The position numbers and the translations under genes are program-made. From an uncultured Verrucomicrobiae bacterium (GTDB taxonomy: Bacteria; Verrucomicrobiota; Verrucomicrobiia; Limisphaerales; Palsa-1400), in NCBI GenBank assembly GCA_963764165.1, contig CAVXRD010000004.1, positions 576,001-640,000 of the forward strand: a DNA stretch of 64,000 bases, given 5' to 3'. Below the pieces are notes generated by a model. It did no database searches. It was given only the letters and a program-made list of their open reading frames with translations, and had not been told where the DNA came from. Below are positions 52,056 to 60,448 of this stretch, in pieces. How positions within the stretch are numbered: the stretch's first letter is position 1; each line of letters opens with the position of its first letter.

Positions 52056-53096
52056 TTAACCGCGGGCGGGAACAGCCGTCTCAGCGGGAATATTCACTTT
52101 GGCCGGCGTAACAGAGCGGCCCATTTGGCCTCGCAGCTGTTGCTGCGACGCCAGCCTGTCTCGCGCGCGCAGCATGAGGCCCCGGCTCGCGTCTTCGATG
52201 GCCGACAGGGTTTCGGGCTTCAATTCGGATGCGCCCGATCCGTTCACTCCTCTGCGGAAGTAGCGGCTGCCCCCCCTGATTGTGCGAGCCTCGAGCGCCT
52301 GCAATTTTCCAAACCGCATATTGGATTCGGCGCGGACCACGACCGCCTCCGGGTGCGGAATTCCGGCCCAGTTCAGGGAGTCGCTCAGAACAGAGGCGGT
52401 GTCTTTGAGCATTTCCTCGTAACTTACGAGGTGAATCGGCAATCCTGCGTCAAACGCGTCCAAGTAACCGGTCACGTGCTCGACCCAGGACGGAAGAAAC
52501 TCAAGGCACAGCAAATCGATATCGGCCCGGTTGTTGGTGCGTATATATTTTTCTCGCAGCGCAAAATGGTATAACGAAACCAAGACGTCCTCTGGAGCGC
52601 GAAAAATATAAAGAAACCGGAGTTTGCCGACATCAATGCTGGCTGGAAATCTCGAGCGAAGCAGCGGCAGCGTGTCATGAGTCTTGATCAAATTGCCGTA
52701 GGCCCGGCCCGCAGGCATCCGCGACGCAATGCGGTCGGCATAATAATCGGGAACAAGCCTCTCGGGCTGAACCGACCCGGTCGCAGTCTCGATTCCGTGC
52801 AACTGCAGCAGGACGTCAGACATGAGGTACCGCATCCAAGTGTTGCCAGAGCGGCCGTAGGAGCAGACAAAAGTCAATTTGCCCGGCTCCTGCGCAAGCC
52901 TGCCGAGCTCGGAATTATTAAACGCCTGGACGACCAGCCGGCGCACCGGGGCAAAGCCTTCGTCGAGCAGCCGCGGCAATTGCAAGAGTGTGCTGGGCCG
53001 AAGCAACAGGCGGCCCGTTTGGAAAAGGCCGTTCAGCATTTTTGAACCCTTCGGAGAACCATTGGTTTCCGATGGGGGCAGTTGAGCATTTTTCAT
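52056..53096 (-). CDS. PAPS-dependent sulfotransferase
   Basis: SYGRSGNTW (5'-PSB), IKTH, RAPEDVLVS (3'-PB), YEEM, FRRG. Confidence 0.9.
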   Translation of the reverse strand: MKNAQLPPSETNGSPKGSKMLNGLFQTGRLLLRPSTLLQLPRLLDEGFAPVRRLVVQAFNNSELGRLAQEPGKLTFVCSYGRSGNTWMRYLMSDVLLQLHGIETATGSVQPERLVPDYYADRIASRMPAGRAYGNLIKTHDTLPLLRSRFPASIDVGKLRFLYIFRAPEDVLVSLYHFALREKYIRTNNRADIDLLCLEFLPSWVEHVTGYLDAFDAGLPIHLVSYEEMLKDTASVLSDSLNWAGIPHPEAVVVRAESNMRFGKLQALEARTIRGGSRYFRRGVNGSGASELKPETLSAIEDASRGLMLRARDRLASQQQLRGQMGRSVTPAKVNIPAETAVPARG

Positions 53097-53184
53097 GAGT
53101 TCTTACCACAAGCTGCAGGGGAACATAAACTATATGCCGCCGGATGACAAGGCGCCACCCCTTCACGCGGAAATTCATTCATGA

Positions 53185-53218
53185 AAACCCTCTCATGGTT
53201 GTAAGGAGATACCCTACA
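53185..53218. promoter_or_regulatory. Shared 34-bp upstream motif, copy 1
   Basis: aaaccctctcatg-gt-tgtaaggagataccctaca; matches 55180-55213. Confidence 0.55.
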
Positions 53219-53347
53219 GAGGTTGATTTCGATTGTCAAGCCCCCGAACCGACTCTTGCCAAAGGAGATTTTCGACTTGCCCATCCCTCAAAGTCTTGTC
53301 ACGGTTGAGCTTCCGTTACTGAATCGAAAGACGTCGTTTTGTCTATT

Positions 53348-54082
53348 ATGATTGGAAGCAATTCGCGGCCTGGCGGCATTTATTTCAAGACGTGTGAGCT
53401 GGCCAAACGAGTTGCCTACCGCAGCCGCTGGCTGAACGCCTTGACCCGCCCGCGTTTTCCGCTGTTTGGAATGCAGCCCGCACAGCTTGCCTGGCTTGTC
53501 AATAAGATTGACGAAACCAAAACCGCCAATCGCGCGCCAGGGGCGATTGTGGAGGTGGGAGTTGGCTTGGGGATGACGACTGTGTTTTTGCTGGAGCACA
53601 TGCGGCTGTCCAACGACAAGCGTCCTTATTACTGTGTGGACACGTTTAGCGGCTTCCTGTCCCGCGACTTGGATTTCGAGGAAAAGCAGCGAAGCAAAGT
53701 TCGCCTCGCGATGGAGGGGCGCTTTAGTTACAACAAGCGGGAGGTGTTCGAGGGCAATCTAAAGAAGGCCGGCTACACCAACCAGATTGTCATCGGCGCA
53801 GACGCGGCTGAGTTCGATTTTTTGCGCGTAGGCCCCGTTGACGTGATGCTGCTTGATGTGGATCTGTACCTTCCCACCAAAGCCGTGTTGGAGCGGGTGA
53901 CAAAATTCATGAATCAAACGTCCTATCTCATGATCGACGACTGCATGCCAAATTCTCTTTGGGATGGTTCCGATCAGGCCTATAACGAGTTTTTGACAGC
54001 GCAAGGAGCGCAACGGACCATCGTCGGGACCAAGGGCGGTGTTTTTGGAAAGTCGCCTACCCTTGAGCGACGTGCTTCTTGA
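53348..54082 (+). CDS. TylF/MycF/NovP-like O-methyltransferase
   Basis: GAIVEVGVGLG, DTFSGF, LDVDLY, IDD. Confidence 0.85.
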   Translation: MIGSNSRPGGIYFKTCELAKRVAYRSRWLNALTRPRFPLFGMQPAQLAWLVNKIDETKTANRAPGAIVEVGVGLGMTTVFLLEHMRLSNDKRPYYCVDTFSGFLSRDLDFEEKQRSKVRLAMEGRFSYNKREVFEGNLKKAGYTNQIVIGADAAEFDFLRVGPVDVMLLDVDLYLPTKAVLERVTKFMNQTSYLMIDDCMPNSLWDGSDQAYNEFLTAQGAQRTIVGTKGGVFGKSPTLERRAS

Positions 54083-55085
54083 TTAAATCCACGAAATAGT
54101 CGGAGCCAAAAGGGTCAATCTTTGTGCCGTTGACGAACTCCTCAATGGCCTGGATGCGATCCCTGTAATCCTTTTCAGTCATGCTGGCCAGGTATCGATA
54201 CATGGACTCATTGTCGGGAAACTTGCGGCGGTCGACGAATGTTTCCGGCGGAATGTGCTCCACAACATCGGGCGCCCCCAGGTAGACGGGGATGCAGCCG
54301 GCGAAGAATGCGTCGAAAATCTTCTCCGTGAGATAACCCGGAAACACCGCATTTTCGTAAACGATGGCGAATTTGTATCCAATCATAACATCCCGTTTTC
54401 GGCTTACCGGCCCTCGCCACGATGGGAAGTTGCGCGTTTTGAACCGGTGGGGAGCCATGCTGTAAAATTTGGACAGGAACAGATTTAAGCGCCAGAGATG
54501 ATTTGCGAAATAAAAGCGATCCCACCGCTGCCCAAACAGGTCAAATTGATCTGGGTGATTCCGCTCGAACCAGCGAATGATGTCGATGCGCTCCCGGTAA
54601 AGCCCGCACGAGTGAGTGCTATACTTTTGACTTGACAGCAGGATGGAAAATTTATTCTTGCGGGAGACGTCAATTGCCAGCGGCCGCGGTATATTGACGC
54701 AATAATGCGTGGGAAGGTATTTTTTCCCGTCGATTAGCGTTGGATCCCACGTAAAAACTTTTTCGAAGTCCTTGTGCAGCCACTTCCAATAATTGTCCGG
54801 CCGGTTCAGGCGATTCTCCAGCAGGAACACGTAAAGCTTTGTCCGCGTATTTCGCAATCGGCGAAAATGCGAGTTAAGGAATGTTGGGTGGTCAAAGAAA
54901 ACTGCCGCATCGAGCTCGCCTTCGGCCCGGTCAAGCGTGTTTACGGTATGGCCCAAAGCCCGCAGCGTTAAGGCCATTTTGGCCGTGGGGTGGGTCACGT
55001 CATCGCCCGCCGCTGACGACGATTGAGCCTCAAACATTTTGTTCGCATTGTAAAACCCGTAGAAGTTCCAAAACCCGAGGTTCAT
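54057..55085 (-). CDS. GT10 family glycosyltransferase (alpha-1,3/4-fucosyltransferase-like)
   Basis: YKFAIVYEN...GYLTEKIFDAFFAGCIPVYLG motif. Start taken at ATG 55085. Confidence 0.9.
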   Translation of the reverse strand: MNLGFWNFYGFYNANKMFEAQSSSAAGDDVTHPTAKMALTLRALGHTVNTLDRAEGELDAAVFFDHPTFLNSHFRRLRNTRTKLYVFLLENRLNRPDNYWKWLHKDFEKVFTWDPTLIDGKKYLPTHYCVNIPRPLAIDVSRKNKFSILLSSQKYSTHSCGLYRERIDIIRWFERNHPDQFDLFGQRWDRFYFANHLWRLNLFLSKFYSMAPHRFKTRNFPSWRGPVSRKRDVMIGYKFAIVYENAVFPGYLTEKIFDAFFAGCIPVYLGAPDVVEHIPPETFVDRRKFPDNESMYRYLASMTEKDYRDRIQAIEEFVNGTKIDPFGSDYFVDLIKKHVAQG

Positions 55086-55179
55086 TAAAATTGTGCGGGC
55101 GGCACTAATTGCCCCTTTCGAACCCGGCAAGAGTTGGCGACCAAAATGTCGACTTAGCCGCTAAACTGCTTTCAAGTTG

Positions 55180-55213
55180 AAACCCTCTCATGTCTGTAGT
55201 GCAAATCCTGACA
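55180..55213. promoter_or_regulatory. Shared 34-bp upstream motif, copy 2
   Basis: aaaccctctcatg-tc-tgtagtgcaaatcctgaca. Confidence 0.55.
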
Positions 55214-55315
55214 AAATAAAAAACGATGTCAATCCCCTTTGGACGCATTATCGTTATGTGAAGGCAGCAACTCTTGCGTCTTGTTTCGCCGGATCAAGCA
55301 ACTTATTCTAACGGT

Positions 55316-58300
55316 ATGACGAGTGGCCAAGGAAGTAAACAGACCGCAACAGTATATCTGGTTTTTTTGTTATTATTGACGCATGTATCTTATGGAAGTA
55401 CAGGCTTCGTTCCACTTCCTTTGGTGTCATCGAGTTTCAATCAGGACGTTGTCGTCGAGAAGACGGCGCCTGCCCCGATCTTCAGCGGTGAATTTACAAC
55501 AGCTTCAATGGATGCCGGTCTTGGCAACTCAGGCACGAGCTGGTACGAAATGGGATTCGACACCGCTGCTCCCACGACGGGACTGCCTCACCCTGGCGTC
55601 ATCTTCACAAGCCAAACTTCGTCGACGCACCAATATATCATGGCCCCGAGTTACGCGACGAATGACGCCATTCTTATTGACTCGACGTTGAAAAACTCAA
55701 CGCTGGTGCTGACGACGCCGACCATTTGCAGCCAACTTTCGTTTCTGGAGAGCGCCGGGCACGGGCCGGTGTCGTTTAAGTACACCGTGCATCACGCTTC
55801 GGGCGCATCCGATACGGGCACTGGAAGCAGTGTTGACTGGTTTACGTCATCGACGGCGGCATGGACGGCGAATGGGAGAGTCGATGTTGGAACATTTGCC
55901 TTGAGCAGTGTGAACGGAAATGACCCGCGTCTTTTTTCTTTGGACATCACCCTTGCTAATACGACAAATCCCGTGACAAGCATCGATTTCACTTGGGTAA
56001 GCGGCACTGGCGAAGCGGCGGTCCTGGCCGTCAGCGGCGGCACCGGCGGGACGTTCTCGCCGTTGATTGTGACGGGCTACAACGAGGACATCATCGTCGA
56101 AGCCGCAGCGGGAACATCATTGTCGGGATTCACAACGGCGACAATGGACACCGGACTGACTAATACGCTGAATACTTTTTTCGAAGAAGGCTACGATCCA
56201 TCTGCTCCGCTCGTTGGGATCCCTCCCGCTGGTTCGACGTTCACAAGCGCCTCCGCTCCCGACCATCTTTATGTCCTTCCGGCGAGCTACGCCGCGAACA
56301 ATGCTCTCCTTCTCACATCCAACACACCGACTGGGACAATGACGCTCTCCAGCGCCGTTACGGAAAAGGGATTGTCATTCCTATGCTCTGCGGGAAACGG
56401 GCCGGTGACCGTCGGTTATGTAGTTCATCACAGCGGCGGGGCGACGGAGAGCAACACGCTTGTCGTGCAGGATTGGTTTTCGTATTCGCCTGTCGCGTGC
56501 TTTGCCAATGGCCGCGTCAACGTCAGCTCCAGGACCGTCAATAATATCAACGCCAGCAACCCGTGCCTTTACTCCGTCGACGTCACCTTGAACAACACCG
56601 CCCCGGTCGCGTCCGTAACGCTTACCTGGCTCTCCGGTGAAAACGGCGGCAACGCGGCTTTCTTTGCCCTCAGCGGCGGCTCCTCGACACTCCCTTTTGC
56701 GACGGACGACTTCAACACCAACAGCGCCGTCGCCGCCAACGTCATGCAGCAGTGGTACAACCAAAGCGGTCTTTACAACTCCACCGGGTGGTGGAACGCC
56801 GCCAATTGCCTCGAAGGCCTTGAAACCGTCATCGCAGCCGATCATCAATTGCAATATCTCAGCGTTCTGACCAACACGCTTGTTTTGAATTCCAACGCCA
56901 ATTTTCTCAACGGTTATTACGATGACGAAGGCTGGTGGGCCAACGCCTGGATTCACGCCTACGACCTGACGGGCAGCACGAATTTTCTCCGCGCCGCCAA
57001 AATCATTTTCTCGGACATGAGCAATTCGTGGAACTCGGCCAATTGCAACGGCGGCATTTGGTGGGATAGATCCGAAACCTATAAGAACGCCATCGCCAAC
57101 GAACTGTTCATGCTCGCGGCCATTCGCCTGCATCAGCGCACGCCCAACGACACCGGAGCAGGCAGTTATCTCGCTTGGGCGACCAATGAATATAATTGGT
57201 TCCTGCAAAGCACGATGATCAATTCGGAATATCTCATCAACGACGGCCTCACGAACTGCGTCAACAATGGCGGCCCGACTTTCACTTACAATCAGGGCGT
57301 CATCATTGGCGCGCTGACCGACCTTTACAAAGTCACCGGTGTCACCAACTATTTGACTCTGGCGACATCCATCGCCCATGCCGTCGTGACGAATTTGAGC
57401 AGCGGACACGTCCTCGTGGAAGGCTCGCCTTGCGACCCCACCTGCGGCGGCGGCGACGTGCCGGAATTCAAGGGAATCTGCATTCGCAACATCGCCTATC
57501 TTTACGATGTCACGCATGACCCGCAATTGTACACCCTGCTCTATGACTCCGCCCACTCCATTTGGTTCGTCGACCGCAACGTTTACAATCAACTCGGCAT
57601 GTCGTGGGCTGGCGTGGTGGACGCGGTGGACGCCGCGCGGCAAAGTTCAGCGCTCGCGGGGGTCGCTGCTCTTGCGCAACCCATCACGACGAATCTTTTG
57701 TTCGTGCGCGGCGCGGGCGACCCGTCGTTCACTCACGCCATCGGAAGCGCGACCGGCGCGCTCGGCTGGACTTGCGGGCCAACCAACGCGCAGAACGCAA
57801 ATTACATGCTGAGCGGGCCGCACGTTGCCTATTTGCCGCCCGGCCTGCACGCCGCGCATTTCCAACTTTCGGTGGACGCCCTCAGCAACTCGCCCGCCAG
57901 CCTCGCGATTCTCAGCGTGCTCGAAGACAATTCGTCCACGATCCTTGCGACCGCGCCGGTTCCTTGGAGCGCATTCACCCAGGTTGGCGTGCCGCAGGAC
58001 TTTGTTGTTCTCTTTACAAACAATGTCGCAGGCGACCCACTCCAATTCCGCATTTTCTGGACGCGCGCCGCGGGAGGCCCGGATTTGACGGCGAATGACG
58101 TGGCGATCGATGGGCTGATGAACTGGTCGGGCGCAAATTTGATTCACGACATCGGCCACCTCGATGGATTGAACGCGTGGGCGGCGGATCTTCGCAGCTC
58201 GACCTTGTCCGGCTACTTGTCGCGCGGGCCGGGCATCAACACCCTTCCCACTGGCGATTACACGGCGACCTTCGAGTTGAAAGTGGACAACTTCAATTAC

Positions 58301-58741
58301 GACACCGCCGTCGTGGCCACCGTCTCTGTTATTGACATGGACACGGGCGTTGCCGTCAGCACCGAGGCCATCACGCGCAACCAATTCCCGAACACGCTTT
58401 ACCAGCCGTTCACGCTCAGTTTCAACGCGGTGGCGGGAACGCATTATGATTTCCGCACCTATTGGTATCGCAGCGCCAATGCGCCACGCCTGACGCAGCG
58501 CAGCGTCTTTTTGCGCCCCGGCCCGCAGGCATTTTTCACCTCGGTGCAATGGGCAAACGGCGCGCCGCAATTTGCGATTGCGGGCGTTCCCGGCCGCACC
58601 TACTCGCTGCAGGCGACACCGGACTTGACGCTGCCATGGTCAACCATCGGAACAGTGACAATTCCGGCCAACTTGGGATTCGCATCAGCGGCTGACGCCG
58701 CCGGGACCGCGGCAAAATTCTACCGGTTAAGCTACCCGTGA
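55316..58741 (+). CDS. Secreted multidomain GH76 glycoside hydrolase
   Basis: WWNAAN, YYDDEGWW (catalytic DD), GGIWW, KNAIANEL, TYNQG, FKGI. Duplicated N- and C-terminal domains; ends in KFYRL. TTGTTT-N17-TATTCT-N6-ATG 55316. Confidence 0.9.
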   Translation: MTSGQGSKQTATVYLVFLLLLTHVSYGSTGFVPLPLVSSSFNQDVVVEKTAPAPIFSGEFTTASMDAGLGNSGTSWYEMGFDTAAPTTGLPHPGVIFTSQTSSTHQYIMAPSYATNDAILIDSTLKNSTLVLTTPTICSQLSFLESAGHGPVSFKYTVHHASGASDTGTGSSVDWFTSSTAAWTANGRVDVGTFALSSVNGNDPRLFSLDITLANTTNPVTSIDFTWVSGTGEAAVLAVSGGTGGTFSPLIVTGYNEDIIVEAAAGTSLSGFTTATMDTGLTNTLNTFFEEGYDPSAPLVGIPPAGSTFTSASAPDHLYVLPASYAANNALLLTSNTPTGTMTLSSAVTEKGLSFLCSAGNGPVTVGYVVHHSGGATESNTLVVQDWFSYSPVACFANGRVNVSSRTVNNINASNPCLYSVDVTLNNTAPVASVTLTWLSGENGGNAAFFALSGGSSTLPFATDDFNTNSAVAANVMQQWYNQSGLYNSTGWWNAANCLEGLETVIAADHQLQYLSVLTNTLVLNSNANFLNGYYDDEGWWANAWIHAYDLTGSTNFLRAAKIIFSDMSNSWNSANCNGGIWWDRSETYKNAIANELFMLAAIRLHQRTPNDTGAGSYLAWATNEYNWFLQSTMINSEYLINDGLTNCVNNGGPTFTYNQGVIIGALTDLYKVTGVTNYLTLATSIAHAVVTNLSSGHVLVEGSPCDPTCGGGDVPEFKGICIRNIAYLYDVTHDPQLYTLLYDSAHSIWFVDRNVYNQLGMSWAGVVDAVDAARQSSALAGVAALAQPITTNLLFVRGAGDPSFTHAIGSATGALGWTCGPTNAQNANYMLSGPHVAYLPPGLHAAHFQLSVDALSNSPASLAILSVLEDNSSTILATAPVPWSAFTQVGVPQDFVVLFTNNVAGDPLQFRIFWTRAAGGPDLTANDVAIDGLMNWSGANLIHDIGHLDGLNAWAADLRSSTLSGYLSRGPGINTLPTGDYTATFELKVDNFNYDTAVVATVSVIDMDTGVAVSTEAITRNQFPNTLYQPFTLSFNAVAGTHYDFRTYWYRSANAPRLTQRSVFLRPGPQAFFTSVQWANGAPQFAIAGVPGRTYSLQATPDLTLPWSTIGTVTIPANLGFASAADAAGTAAKFYRLSYP

Positions 58742-58860
58742 TGTGTGGCGGCAAGGGAGGAATGCGAAGCATGGGAGTTATGGAATTACCATTCGCTTGA
58801 CACTGCCCGCAGCCTTTTTTCCAGCTTTCCTGAGTTCCAGATTAAAAACGTCCCCCCGTT

Positions 58861-60291
58861 CTAAATCTCGTATTCCAAGACGGCCTGCCTCGCCTCCTCA
58901 ACTCTCGCGCCGGACATTTCTCCAAATTGCTTCAGCAAAATTTCCGCCAAACGGAACGCCTGCGAGCGAAGCTCCGGCACCGCGCTGCTTTCCCAGAGCG
59001 TTCCCTTCAAGAGCGGCCCAATCGCAAATATCCGCGACGATGCTTTGCCCGCCGTCACGACAGCGTAATCGGAGTTCACCTGAAGCCCCATATCCATCGC
59101 GTCGGGCTCGATGACTTTTAACGAGACAAGTTTTGCGTAAAAAGGCGAGAGCGACCGGGTCAAACTTTCCGATGGCCCGGTGCAATTGATGACGGCGCAT
59201 CCCTCCAGTTCACGCAATTCATCCCCGCACTTTACTGTCAGCGCTATGTTCTCGCCACGCGAGGCGCCCCCACACAAGCGGCCTTTCACGATCTCCAGCC
59301 TGCCCTCCTCCATGTGGTCGGCCAGCAATTGGTGAATGCTCTGCGCGATGCGGTGGCGCACCACATTCCATCTCGTTCGCAGATGGCGATTGAATCGCCT
59401 CTTTTCCGCCAGGGAGAAATGCTGCCAGATGCGGTGCGTGTGGGGCCGCAGTTTGTCAACAAGAATGGCTGGGTTCACGCCATCCACTTTCGCCTTTCGA
59501 TAACTGCGCTTGAATGCGGCAAAGGCTTTCGCAAGCGTGATGTTGTCAGCTTTGCCGTCGATCCAGTCCGGATATTCCGCGCCCTTGAAATGCGAAAGCG
59601 GGAGAAGCCCGTTGCGCGAGACTGCGAAAATGCGCCCCTGCCATCCAAGGTCGTTCAATGAGATGATCGCGTCCACCGCCGTCAAGCCGGTGCCAATGAG
59701 GATGATGTTCTGCGTGCGATTCGTCAGTTGGGTTTCCCAATCTGACCACGGATTTTGGAAGAAACACGGGTGCGCCGGATCGAGCCCCTTGATGCGCAGC
59801 GCCGACGGCGGCGGATTTCCCGTGGCCAGCACCACCTTGTCCGCCTCGACGAGAGCGCCATCGGCCAGGACGACATTGGCGCCCGCCGCTGTCAAATCGA
59901 TATTCACAGCTTCGCCCGCCACTGTTTCCATTTTGACGCCGCGGTCCGCCGAGAGCGTGGCCACCGAATAGAGGAGCCCGCGCACATAATCCCCATAAAC
60001 GCGCCGAGGCATGTATTGCTCGCGCAGCTTGGCGATGGGCTCGTCCGCAAATTCCGAGCGCGTGTGCAGCCAGTCAACAAAATGATTCGGCTGATCCGCC
60101 AGCGCGGACATGTTGCGCGCCGCGACGTTGAGCAAATGATGCCCATTGCGCGTGCTGTAAGCGACGCCGCGCCCGGCTGGATAACCGCTATTGACCACCG
60201 TGATCCTGAGCGGCCCGCTGCTGAAGCGGCACAAGTTGATGGCCGTCAGGCTGCCGCTAAAACCGCCCCCGATGATGACAACGTGATTCAT
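58861..60291 (-). CDS. FAD/NAD(P)-binding protein (YdhS-like)
   Basis: IIGGGFSG, GRGVAYST, LLNV...MSA, GTGLTAVD, RHRIA, NCTGP, WESSAVPELR. Confidence 0.9.
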   Translation of the reverse strand: MNHVVIIGGGFSGSLTAINLCRFSSGPLRITVVNSGYPAGRGVAYSTRNGHHLLNVAARNMSALADQPNHFVDWLHTRSEFADEPIAKLREQYMPRRVYGDYVRGLLYSVATLSADRGVKMETVAGEAVNIDLTAAGANVVLADGALVEADKVVLATGNPPPSALRIKGLDPAHPCFFQNPWSDWETQLTNRTQNIILIGTGLTAVDAIISLNDLGWQGRIFAVSRNGLLPLSHFKGAEYPDWIDGKADNITLAKAFAAFKRSYRKAKVDGVNPAILVDKLRPHTHRIWQHFSLAEKRRFNRHLRTRWNVVRHRIAQSIHQLLADHMEEGRLEIVKGRLCGGASRGENIALTVKCGDELRELEGCAVINCTGPSESLTRSLSPFYAKLVSLKVIEPDAMDMGLQVNSDYAVVTAGKASSRIFAIGPLLKGTLWESSAVPELRSQAFRLAEILLKQFGEMSGARVEEARQAVLEYEI

Positions 60292-60448
60292 TTTGGAGAA
60301 CGAACACTACCAGCCAGCTTTCCAATTAGCCATAAAATCAGTGTCAACTACATAGCGCACCGGCCCTGAGGTTCTCAAAGCAAATCGCCGGTGGCGTTTG
60401 GGCCATCGGCGATTCGTTGCCATTCCGGTTCCGCTCCCCAACCCCGGC

